NCBI GenBank assembly: GCA_001949185.1
Contig: BDGG01000005.1
Location: 2,581,972 to 2,645,971, forward strand
DNA length: 64,000 bases
From: Ramazzottius varieornatus
Taxonomy: Eukaryota; Animalia; Tardigrada
Direction of reading: 5' to 3'
In this document: piece after piece, positions 50,201 through 60,310 of the stretch
Position numbering within the stretch: the stretch's first letter is position 1
Layout of the letters: the number at the start of each line of letters is the position of its first letter
Made by a program: the position numbers and the translations under genes
The notes under the pieces: generated by a model
The model's input: the letters and a program-made list of their open reading frames with translations, nothing else
The model's database searches: none
What the model was told of the DNA's origin: nothing

Positions 50201-53200
50201 ACGCGGCGCGTCTACCATGGTCTTATTGTCTGCAAGTGGTAATCGTAGAATAGAATCGGTACATTTTGGAGAATCTGTACGCATTTTGGAGATGCAGTAC
50301 GCCTGCGTTTGCCATGGCTGTGGTGTATGCAGGTGCTAGCCGCATGGTAAAATTACTGCACTTTCAAGTACATACATACGGGAAGCCGTGTTTCTAGTAC
50401 GGTCTTGCTGTATGTAGGTGTCTGCAAGTTTGTGTTCTTGTAATTTTAACGCTTGGCTACTTGTAGATCAAACTGGAGATCGCGGTCCGTGATGCAGTCG
50501 AGTTTTACGACCAGCTACAGTCCTTCACGCTGTGGTTGACCAACGCCGAACGAGCCTTGGCCACTGCGAAGGCGCCGTCGAGGATTATGGATGAAGTCCT
50601 TCAGCAGATCGAAGAACACAAAGCTTTCCAAGAGGACTTGGGCGAACATTTGGCAGCACAGAACGCGTTGGACAAGAAAGGCACGACGCTAAAGTACTTC
50701 TCCCAGAAACAAGACGTGGTGCAAATCAAGAATCTCCTAGCGAGTGTCCAGATGCGCTGGGACAAGTTAGTCTCGGCTAGCGCAGATCGACAGCGAAGCC
50801 TCAACTCGGCCTATACCGAAGGTACGTCAGAACTTCAACCCTTATACTTGGGAGATCAGCCAGCGAATTCCACAAGATCATCGGTCCAAGTGGGGCAATT
50901 TCCCGTTTTTCGTAGCTGAATGCGTGCGCCACTTGGGGGAACAAGCGAACTGAAGGGAATCGTTTTCCCAAGTGGCGCACTTCCCAGCCAGTGAAAGTGG
51001 AAACTTGCGTCACTTGTCGAGTACATTTGCCTTGGTCCATTTGGCAGTTGTTGGGTGGGACTGATTGATTGAATGGATATCATGGTTATAGGTAAGGAGT
51101 TTAACAAGCATTATGCTGAAATGTCCGAATGGATCGACAGCGTGGAAAAGAGCCTGGACAACACGACGGCTATACCGAACGATACGGAAAAGATCAAGGG
51201 TATGCTAGTCAAGCATAAAGAGTTTCAGAAGCAGCTGACGGCTAAGCAGTCGGCCTTGAATGGCATTTCCAAGATGGGACGAATACTAAAAGAGACCGCT
51301 GCCAAGGGTGAACAGGGCGTCATCCAGGGAATGCTGGTGGATCTGCAGAAGAAGTGGAAGAACCTGGGCAGCAAAGCGACTGAACGGTAAGACGATGCTT
51401 GTCGAGGTGCAAGTCCATCGTAGGAAATGGCACACAAAATGAATTTTCGACCTATGGTTAATACGGCAGCGTGCTGTATCACATTATTCGTTACAGGCAA
51501 CGGAAGCTGGAAGAAGCGCTACTTTTCCGTGGTCAACTGAAAGACGCACTTCAGTCAATGCTCGACTGGCTGAATAAGGTCGAGCCACTGTTGTCTGAAT
51601 CGGCACCGGTTCATGGCGATCTGGACAACGTCAACTCCCTGAACGAACATCACAAGGTAAAATGTCTTGCCTGTTCCTCGGAATTTTCTTTCTCCAAGCT
51701 GTTAGTTGACCTAGTGTGGTGGTTCGCTGTAGGCTGTCGAGGCTGATTTGGCTAACCGAGCAGCCAACATTGCCGCAGTCCGCAAAGCCGGTAACGATCT
51801 CAAGTCATCCTCCGATCCTGACCAAGAGTCCGCCATGATCGACCAGCTCTCCACCCTCGACCAGAAATGGGCCACCGTCACGGACCTCTCCTCCAAACGA
51901 AGAGCCAAGTTGAATGAGGCACTGCTCCAAGCACGAGACTTTGACCAGTTGCTACACTCGCTCATTCAGTGGCTGGGTGAGACCGAGATGAAAGCCAGGG
52001 TCTTCAAGTCTCTTCCGGAAGACGTGACAGAAGCCGAGAAGGCCGTCAGGGAGATAAGAGACCATCAGATGGAGATGCACGCCAGGCAGGGCAACTACGA
52101 CCGCGCCGTGGCATTGGGTGCGGAAATTCAGGAGAAGTGCCATCCTGACTCGGTCGCTACTATGCGCCATTGGCTCAAGGTAATTCAGACATTTTGGGCA
52201 ACCATTCTCACGTGTTTGAATGATCGACAAACAATTGCGTAACATGTTCCGTGCACTTCCATATGCCAAAGGACACGATAGCTGTATACTCCTGTATGGA
52301 GGAACGTGAGGAAGCCTCAGACGTGTTCCTCACATACTCGCAAACTGTGACTATGGTCATCATTCGGTCGTGTTGGTATGCTGGTGGGTGAGAGAGGCAT
52401 GTGGAAGTTTCTCACTCACCTGCATACAAGTGGTCGTTTGCTTATCGGTGTGCGAATGGAGGAAAATACTGGGCTTTTTTCACCGACTGTCGCTCGTAGA
52501 CCACAAACACGGTCGTATTTTTCAGGTTTTGAACACGCGATGGCAGGAAGTGGATCTTCTTCTCAAGCAGCGCGAACAACGCCTGAAAGACCACATGTCC
52601 ACCCTCGAGAAGGACGCTGGCGAGCTGGAGCACCTCCTCGTCTGGTTCTTCAGCGCCGAAGCCAACCTCATCGCTGCCTCCAACGAAGACCTACCTTACG
52701 ATCTTGACCTGACGAAGCGCTTCATGGCTGAACACCAAGACTTTGAGACGGAGCTCTACGGACACCAGATGACGGTGGAGAGGCTGACGCAAGCCAGACC
52801 GGGGAATGAACAGATCATGTTAGACAAGAAGGGCCGAAGAATTCCGATGTCGACGAGGAAGCCGGGTGAACCGCTGTTCGCCAGTGATAACGCCCGGGAC
52901 CTGTACTACAGGAACAAGCACGTAACGAATTTGGCGGTCGAGAGAAGGAATAGGCTGCAGGATCACTTGAGCTATATGCTCGAGCTGGAGAAACTCAAAG
53001 GCTTCCAGTTCGATGATTGGCGAAGAAGGGTGAGGAACCAAACTGGTCAATCAAGCGGTCAAATAAATGATACACATATTGCTGACTCAAGTGGCGCATC
53101 TCTTCACGACTATTGGCCGAGGCGTGCGCCACTTGGGAAAACAATCTGAGTGAACTGATCTGCAGACGTTCCAAAATTGATAGCTATCGCCAACTTGTAT

Positions 53201-54988
53201 TTGGTTTGCAGTTTGTGAAGTACATGAATCTGAAGAAGGATCGCGTGATGGATTTCTTCCGTCGGTATGACACGGACGCGGATGGAAGAATGACACGAGA
53301 CGAGTTTATCGACTGCATTCTGAATTACAGTAAGAAAACCCAGCGGGAGAAACTCTGAATAAATTTTAATTAAAGTGGCGATCTTTGTAGACTTCCAGAC
53401 AACGCCGATGGAGATGCAGATCGTTGCGGACATTTTCGACGCCAACAAAGATGGGTACATCGACTACCAAGAGTTTGTTCAAGCTCTGAAGCCCAGGAAC
53501 CTCAGTACGCTCAACTTGACTGACGCCGACAAGATCGACGATGAGCTGACGTTCCAAGTGCAGAACTGCACGTGCAAGCACCACTATCAAGTCCAACAAG
53601 TTGGCGAAAACAAATACATCGTAGGTGCCCTTCTTTCCTATCGATGGCACTCGAGACGTCGGCAAAATAGAGTGAACATAATCGTTATCTCCAACTGGCG
53701 CGCATGTTCATTGTTGTTGCCCGATAGTGTGCGCCACCTGATGAGACCACCTTGATGAAGTTATTTGCCGACAGTCCCACTTCTTTTTGTGTAATGAAGT
53801 AACCGTCTTGCTTTCTTGTAGTTTGGTGAATCGCAGAAGCTTCGGCTGGTACGAATCCTTCGCAGCGTGGTGATGGTGCGAGTCGGTGGTGGATGGCAGT
53901 CGTTGGACGAGTTTCTGGTCAAAAACGATCCCTGCCGAGGTAAGGATTCAACTTCTTTGCTGGAGTATAAATTCTGAAAAGTGAAATGAGGCAAAATGTG
54001 CATGGCTTCCTTCGTTTTAGCGAAAGGAAGGACGAATATCGAGTTGAGAGAACGCTCGATCCTCCCCGAAGGCGCTTCCCAGGCCATGACACCCTTCAAA
54101 ACCAAAGCTGGCTTCGGTGATCATGGATCCGTCGGAGTCCATCTGATCAACCAGCCCAACCAGCGGCCTTCCAGTATTGGCCCGATAATCAAGGTAATTG
54201 ATTGCACTTTGAACAGTAGTAGCTTGCTAGTAGAAAAGCTCATTGTAAAATCATCGTAGCAAAAGTGCGGTAATTGTTCGCCGACGTCTTCCTGCTGTTT
54301 CTAAGAAAGCATTCTTATTTGATGAGGATGCCATATCTTTCGGTGCCACTTGGTTGATAACTTTCCTTTGTACTGTACAATACATAAATCATGGACCTTG
54401 GCAAACAACTCGACAAGCCAGCATTTCCAAGTGGCGCACGCTTACAGCTAATTTCTCCGGAAACCTGCGCCACCTGGGACAAATCTTCCCGCATTTGTTT
54501 TCCGAGCTCTCACTTACCTCTTATGGCAATTTTTTCTTACTCTGACCTTCTTTTAGATTCGGGAAAAGACGGTGAACACCACCCCGTGGCGAGCCGGCGC
54601 CAAGAACCACGAGACCAGCTCGGAACCCAGCACCACCCGGCCTCACAGCCACTCCAACATTCCTCATTCCCATACGCACAGTCACATCGTTAGCCACACG
54701 CCCAACGGTCGGCAGAAGGCCCAGTGGCCTAAGACTCCCGCTGCCATCCGAACAGGCAGTCAGCCTAGCAGTCGTCCGGCGAGTCGTGCGGCGTCTGAAG
54801 CTCCCGAAGAACAGCCCAGTCACAGCAGCCACAGTACACACAGCACCCACTCACGCTCTTCCAGCATCTCAAACCTGTCCGCTACGCCGTCGCTGGCTAG
54901 TGCCAAGACCGCCTCGAGCGCTCCTCATCAGAATGGCTCAGGAACGAAAGCTACCTCCAAACTCAATGGAAATTACAGGAAAAGATGA
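29299..54988 (+). CDS. shot: Spectraplakin (Short stop / MACF1 / dystonin family): CH1-CH2, truncated plakin, spectrin-repeat rod, EF-hands, GAS2/GAR, Ser-rich tail; roughly 3,100-3,200 aa by exon tally
   Basis: Exon 29299-29407 ([12 protein letters not shown]) joins 35165 ([21 protein letters not shown]). CH1 exons at 36428, 36713, 37093 ([21 protein letters not shown]). CH2 at 40607-41219 ([33 protein letters not shown]). Rod exons 43688-53029 ([20 protein letters not shown]). EF-hands ([26 protein letters not shown]) and GAR ([46 protein letters not shown]). Stop TGA at 54986-54988. Confidence 0.95.
32315..32342 (+). CDS. shot: Candidate alternative first coding exon of shot (MIELYFVHK)
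   Basis: CACC-ATG context. Ends AAG|GTAAGT (perfect donor) in phase 1, in frame with the phase-1 acceptor at 35165 (D-ERDAIQ). Confidence 0.65.
32368..32440. repeat. Intronic palindromic element (GTGGCGCAC family), 1 unit
   Basis: Arms at 32376/32412, spacer 25; starts 33 nt after the alternative-exon donor. Confidence 0.85.
36068..36172. repeat. Intronic palindromic element (GTGGCGCAC family), 1 unit
   Basis: Arms at 36090/36126, spacer 25. Confidence 0.85.
38880..39497 (+). CDS. shot: Candidate alternative first exon of shot giving a CH1-less isoform (206 aa Ser/charged N-terminus)
   Basis: Open frame from ATG 38880 ([11 protein letters not shown]...) to GAG|GTAACG in phase 0. It sits in the intron between the CH1 and CH2 exons and is compatible with the phase-0 acceptor at 40607. 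Confidence 0.7.
39510..39650. repeat. Inverted-repeat cluster GGCACGGCC/GGCCGTGCC
   Basis: Pairs at 39523/39553 (10-bp arms, spacer 20) and 39601/39639 (12-bp arms, spacer 26). Confidence 0.75.
40190..40350. repeat. Intronic palindromic element (GTGGCGCAC family), 2 units
   Basis: Arms at 40196/40232 (spacer 25) and 40285/40320 (spacer 24). Confidence 0.9.
41325..41512. repeat. Intronic palindromic element (GTGGCGCAC family), 1 intact and 1 degenerate unit
   Basis: Arms at 41447/41483 (spacer 25); additional arms near 41329 and 41399. Confidence 0.85.
44323..44420. repeat. Intronic palindromic element (GTGGCGCAC family), 1 unit
   Basis: Arms at 44358/44394, spacer 25. Confidence 0.85.
44990..45050. 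repeat. Intronic palindromic element (GTGGCGCAC family), 1 unit
   Basis: Arms at 44999/45035, spacer 25. Confidence 0.85.
45847..45930. repeat. Intronic minisatellite, five TCAGTATTACGG units with GAAAGATC(GG) linkers
   Basis: Directly visible tandem repeat. Confidence 0.9.
46445..46640. repeat. Intronic palindromic element (GTGGCGCAC family), 2 units
   Basis: Arms at 46492/46528 (spacer 25) and 46585/46620 (spacer 24). Confidence 0.9.
47340..47470. repeat. Intronic palindromic element (GTGGCGCAC family), 2 units
   Basis: Arms at 47345/47381 (spacer 25) and 47419/47453 (spacer 23). Confidence 0.9.
48555..48747. repeat. Intronic palindromic element (GTGGCGCAC family), 2 units
   Basis: Arms at 48587/48623 (spacer 25) and 48666/48702 (spacer 25); outer AGCTCG...CGAGCT. 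Confidence 0.9.
50187..50430. repeat. Intronic inverted-repeat element of a different family (ACCTGCATAC/GTATGCAGGT)
   Basis: ACCTGCATAC near 50193, GTATGCAGGT near 50324, GTATGTAGGT near 50409; another ACCTGCATAC near 52418. Confidence 0.55.
50884..51022. repeat. Intronic palindromic element (GTGGCGCAC family), 2 units
   Basis: Arms at 50888/50924 (spacer 25) and 50970/51005 (spacer 24). Confidence 0.9.
53085..53145. repeat. Intronic palindromic element (GTGGCGCAC family), 1 unit
   Basis: Arms at 53089/53124, spacer 24. Confidence 0.9.
53685..53742. repeat. Intronic palindromic element (GTGGCGCAC family), 1 unit
   Basis: Arms at 53693/53729, spacer 25. Confidence 0.85.
54407..54510. repeat. 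Intronic palindromic element (GTGGCGCAC family), 1 unit
   Basis: Arms at 54429/54465, spacer 25; outer AACTCGACAA...CCGAGCT. Confidence 0.9.
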
Positions 54989-55384
54989 GAAGCCTCTGTT
55001 TTCGTTTTGTGAAGTGATGACATTCCGCTTTGTTGGAAATCTCCCGTGCGTGATTTTGAATTTCGGCGACCAACGAATGTTCTGTTGTAGTAGGATGAAG
55101 TGATAATCAAGTTGTTTTCTGAGTGTGTGAAGTAACGAAAGAACGATGTAAGGATAGTTGATCTTTGCCAAACTCTGTCCAAGAGAAAGCGCTTTTTTGA
55201 TGTTTAATTTCTGATGTTTCTTCTGCTTCCCTCCCTTGACTATTCGTCTCTCTGCAGTACAGTAGGATATTGTTTAGTTTTTCTCACGCCGTGGGATTAT
55301 CTAACGTATAGAGTGTGATTTGGTGGTTTCATGTTGCACCCGATTTTGTGTAGTATTCTTCTATGGTTTATGCGCGATGCTGTT

Positions 55385-55390
55385 AATAAA
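55385..55390 (+). terminator. Probable polyadenylation signal of shot
   Basis: AATAAA about 400 nt after the stop codon, following a T-rich 3' UTR. Confidence 0.55.
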
Positions 55391-57035
55391 TACCAATCGC
55401 AGAAGACGTGTTGTAAACTTGCAGTAGCAGCTTCACGAAGCCATTGACCAATCGTGACCAGACAGCCACAGTAAATGTAAGACGTACTTCAGTCAACACA
55501 GCCCATATCGAACAATGGGTTGGTTTTAGACGGAAATCCTATAATTACAGTATTATTATTGGAGAACGGACCTTCGAGCAAGAAGGCTGTTTCTGACGGC
55601 CTTATGTAAACATGTTGCTTGTCTAGCTCCCCTTAGTTCTTTTCCTCATTCGCGTTGTCTTCATTGCTGCGTAGATTGAGTTTCCCACCCAACCTCTCCT
55701 TTAATTTAGATGGTTTTTCGTTGTTAAGTTTCTTACTCTTTTTCGCACTCTCGACGTGTCGTCGAGCTCGAGGAGGCTTTTTGCAAACGGGAGGCTTTGC
55801 GTAGACACGCAAGTTCACCGTTGTTATTACCAGCCTCATTCGGTAGTTTTGTGCCACTGGTTTCGCAATAAACCTATGCCCCTCGAGTCCTTCCTCATCG
55901 GTATCTACTGTAGCTCGCTGCACATTTAGGGTAGTACCAGAAACAATGATCAACTTCACCAATACGTTTTTCGGTTTTTGATCTGTCTTTTTTGATCTCC
56001 TTATCGAGGAGTTGAAAAACGTGAACACTCGATTTTCGAAAAGAGGAGAACCGAAACGCCGACGAATTTGCTGTAACAGCCTGTTGCTTTGATAACTATC
56101 CATCAACAACCTACATGTTTTGGTGGCTACCAGAACCACAACCTATCAGTTTGTGTGGCTATCAAAACTACAACCTACGTGCATGTTAATGAACATAACG
56201 TGATAAGCAGAAGTAAGGGTATAGTTTTATTTGGGGAGTTCGGGATCGTCTGAACGCATCGATGGGTGTCGTCGATGCGACTATGGAGGTGGCTCATAGT
56301 CTGTGTGTGTTCCTCTGAGCTGCAACGGTCCCGTTGGCGAGCTCAGAGACCCCATTTTTTATTGAAAATAAAAAGATAAAAGCATGAAGGGTGGGATGGT
56401 GGTAAGAAGTTCGCGCGTTGCAGAGAGCCAAACTAAAGCTATTCATCGAGAACATCTTCTCGAGAAGACTTTCAGACACAGAGCATGTCATTCGTATAGC
56501 AATATTGCACGGGAGGAGTCCACAGCCGGAAATGGCGAATGGTCAAAACAGAAATGCCATTAAGGGAACCTACGAGGAAGAACACTCTACATAAGGGCGG
56601 AAGCCCGTATGTACTGACCAGCCTTCGCCATGTCCGCCCGTGAGCTTTGACGTGAAGGAAGGCTTATCAACTACCACATTAACAACAATTACCGATTAAC
56701 GTCTTTCTTGGGCCAACCATAGCGTTTTCATACCGAACAGACTTACCAACTCCGCCCCGGCACATCGGGCGTTCAAGCCGTACCATGGTCTTCGTTCACC
56801 GGTTGTAGCGCTGTTCGATAACGCAGACTATTCTTCATTACCGTACGCGTACCAAAGGCTATATCTTGATCCCGAAGTGTTCTTATTGTGCGAGATATCG
56901 CTTGCCGCTGGTACAGCATGAGGCCGACCAGATATGGCACCACCAAATTTGAATAAAATGGCTGAGTTCGCCATACTTTCCAGCCCATTTCTCCTTTCAG
57001 AAAAGCAATGGCGAGCTAGAGACCACACTACCACC

Positions 57036-58939
57036 ATGTGGAGACGCGCTATTGTGTTGGCGGCCTTTGTGGCCTGTGTCGCAGCCCAGTGCGGTCCTGA
57101 TGGAGCTCTGAGAGTGGAGATACCAGCCGGAGGTATTGCATACATCGAGTCTCCTAACTTCGGTCTGGGAGACTATCCGACCAATACTAACTGCCAATGG
57201 ATAGTCAGCTCTCCCCACTCTGTTACGATGGCCATCGAGATCGACTCGGTTACGTTTTCCCTGGAAAGCGGAGGTAGCACCTGTGGTTTCGACTACGTCA
57301 ATATTGCGCAGGTCGAGGCTAACGGAGGTGAAGTACAGCTGGGCAAGTTTTGCGGTGAAAACGGACCTCAGCAACTGTTTGCAAGTAGCACTATCGTGGT
57401 ACGTTGTCTTCGCCAAATAAATCGCACGAGCCCCTGTCGCCAACTAATTTTGGAAATGAAATGCTAAATTGCAGAAAGTCCACTTCCGATCCGACAACAC
57501 TGACACCAGGTCTGGATTCAGACTCAGCTTTAAGGGTGAGTTTGTGTTCAATGGGAATGAATGGGACAAATGCAATCTACCACAGCGTCAGTATCTTTCA
57601 GACGCTGCGTGCGCAAACGGATTTAGTTTATGCCCCGGCAGCGAGACTGTGTGTATTCTCCCCAGCCAATACTGCAATAGTAAGTACAGTAGTTCGGATG
57701 CGATCCAGATAATCTTTTCAGTAACGCAAGTACGTCGTTCTGGATGCAGATGTTACGGACTGCCCCAATGGGACCGAGGAAGGCCCACTGTGCTCGGCTC
57801 CATGTGGTACCACCACTATCCAACCCAAGGAGGACAGGAGCGGTGTAGTTGGCGATCGCGGTAACGGTAAATCGAACCGTATCGTTGGCGGAGAAGAAGC
57901 TATCCCTCATTCTCTCCCGTGGCAAGTCGCTTTCCTCAGTTCGACGGGTTCGCTGATTTGTGGAGGATCCATTGTACGAATGCAAATGTGGTAGTCTAGC
58001 TGCTCATCCAGATTCGTGGATAGTATGAGTGATTGGGGACATGGTACCATCTGTGATTGTGTCTTCACAGATAAATCCGCAATGGGTAATGACTGCTGCT
58101 CACTGTTGCGAAGCATACGCGCCACTTCCCCGAAACTACAAAGTCCGCGCTGGCGCTCATGTCCTCGATGCCACCAACGAGATTTACGCAAAAACCTACA
58201 ATCTCCTGAAAGTCATCGTACATCCGAGTTACATGCGACCGAACGTTAAAGCTAACGACTTCTGCCTCCTGAAGATCGATGGGGTAAGCTACTGATATTT
58301 AGCACCCCTTAAGAGGGAGATGCTTTAATGAATGTGAGAAACGAGAGAGTAATCGTTTTTAGGTTATCGAATTTGGCGAGCATGTGGGTGCCGTTTGCTT
58401 AGCCGACGAAACTGACTGCCCCGCCGGTTCGGCGGCGATGACCAGTGGCTGGGGAAATCAAACGCCCTGGCGCTCGACCGTGTCATCGCTGGAGGACTTT
58501 GAAGAATACGTTCAGCACATCGACAACATGGAAGCGGGACTGGTGGCGCAGGAGGTCGATTCTAAGTTCGATAATCCCCGCAACAATGCTCTCAGACAAG
58601 TGTATGTTGACATCACCACCCAAGAATATTGTGCTTCCCGATATCCGGGGATTATAACCCCTGACATGATCTGCGCCGCTCGAAGCGGAAAGGATAGCTG
58701 TCAGTACGATTCCGGTGGTCCTCTAGTCCAAAAGAACGCTGGCGGAAAATGGAAGCTTTGTGGCGTGGTGTCTTTCGCACGGTAAGCCGATTTTGCATAA
58801 TGATATCAACAGAAATAGTGTTTCGCACTACACACCGCATTGTCCCTGCAGGGGATGCGCCCAGCCGAATTATCCTGGTGTATACGGACGCATCAACTAC
58901 GTTAAGTCCTGGATTCTGCAAACCATAATGTCGCAGTAG
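57036..58939 (+). CDS. Secreted modular serine protease: signal peptide, CUB, LDLa, trypsin-like S1 domain
   Basis: CCACCATG start; signal peptide [17 protein letters not shown]; CUB ([34 protein letters not shown]); LDLa-like ([24 protein letters not shown]); activation site R-IVGG; [29 protein letters not shown]; stop TAG at 58937-58939. Confidence 0.93.
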
Positions 58940-59379
58940 TTTTACTAACATTTCTTTGATCGACACTTGAGTTTCGGCAGCCCGTTTTTGGGCAAAGCTT
59001 TTTAGCACCGAGCCGCCTTTTCTCGACATGAATTTTTATGCAATGTCAAAGGGCATCGAGTGGTAGCTTCGTCACGCTTCGCAACGGATAGAAGTTTCTC
59101 GAAACTGTTCGCCCTTTTGAGAAGACTGCCGAAAAATCCAGGAGTCATTAGTAGCCGAAGCGCCCCCACGTGGAAGTTTGTTGTCAGAACAGATGCAATC
59201 GCACGTTCAGGCTGTATGACGTCGTCGTGACGTCAAAACTTTGTCAGGCGAACCTTCGAATCACTTCAGACTTTTCTGACCAGTGGTCAGATGGCCAAAT
59301 GGACTTCAGCATTGTGTTCCTCAGTGTCCGTTACACCTGACTGCATCAGCAGTTCAACTCTGCCCTTGGGGTCGCAAAA

Positions 59380-60020
59380 CTTTAACACTTATAATACCGG
59401 GCAGTTTCATGCTGGCAGAATAGCGAGGCTACAACTGAGATTCACAGCCTTTTAACTGGATAGGAGCACGATAGAGGCGTGTACAGACTAATCACGGTGC
59501 TTCCCCATGAAGTTGCGAATGTTACTGCGCAAAACCAACGTAATGTTCCGCCACACGACCGGTACACCAATGTATTTCATTCTATTTTTCGCTACACTTA
59601 TTTCGATTTCTTCTTGCTGCAGTCTAAACAAACAACACTCCGCTTCGTTAATCTGTGCGCTGCACAAACATGAACGTTACATGAGCCAACAAACAATCAT
59701 CGATCTTCGCTCAGTCTTTCTGGGACAGTATCTGCATCTGGTTGACTTCTTGGACGAAACAGTAGCTCGGGGAGTACCAGCAGTTTCGCCCGTGTCTTCG
59801 CTATTTGGTATCACGGAGGCTATGAACTTCTTGATGGCGAAGGAAAGGCTTGCCACCGTCGATCGTTGCTGGAGCTGTGGCTGTATCAACTGCTTGCTCA
59901 TCTCCCGGAGGAAGATACGGTGCCGCATGGGCAAGGTAGGATTCCACTCAGGCTTGACTTCGGACCATATTACGTACGCAACAATATTCCGTCTTCGCAA
60001 GTCCGTTTTCAGTGTACGGC
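59380..60020 (-). mobile_element. piggyBac transposase C-terminal relic
   Basis: NIVAYVIW...RHRIFLREMSKQLIQPQ...RCRYCPRKTERRSMIVC matches the piggyBac C-terminal 'RR.FL..L..QL' segment plus the Cys-rich domain. A possible TTAA-CAC terminus lies at about 59382. Confidence 0.75.
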
Positions 60021-60036
60021 TTAGGATGACGTGACA

Positions 60037-60310
60037 TACCCTTGAATCTGGAACGCAGTCGCCAATTCCTTTTCTGCTTCCATAGTTACGCAGGTTTGGA
60101 AGTTAAGGTAAAGAGTACGACGAAGAGACAAGATCGAGAGACAGGTTCGCAAAAGGCAATGCGTAAAATAGAAATCTGAAAAATTGAATTTACTTCTTGC
60201 CACCTTGGCGGCGCCCCCAGTGGTAGTATCGTTCGTGACGTCATGGGCTGCGCCATATGTCGAAACACCACGAGCAGCTTGCGATTTTTTGTCTGACCAC
60301 TGGACAACCG
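60037..60310. repeat. Dispersed repeat family A, copy 2
   Basis: Colinear with 156-435. A related end (GTATGACGTC...TTTCTGACCAGTGG) also occurs at about 59214-59286. Confidence 0.7.

Noticed and set aside
47756-51965. Numerous antisense ORFs over shot exons
   Set aside because: Shadow ORFs caused by codon bias on the coding strand.
26600-54510. CRISPR array or RAG-type recombination-signal interpretation of the fixed-spacer repeats
   Set aside because: The arms are inverted and dispersed in introns, the spacers are homologous to one another, there are no cas or recombinase genes, there is no heptamer/nonamer, and the context is eukaryotic.
44244-54556. Introner (intron-creating transposon) explanation for the element-bearing introns
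   Set aside because: The elements lie inside the introns with unrelated flanks; their ends do not coincide with splice sites, and I saw no target-site duplications at exon junctions.
55633-56139. 168-aa Lys-rich minus-strand ORF
   Set aside because: No ATG-anchored gene structure or recognisable domain; likely chance or a transposon relic.
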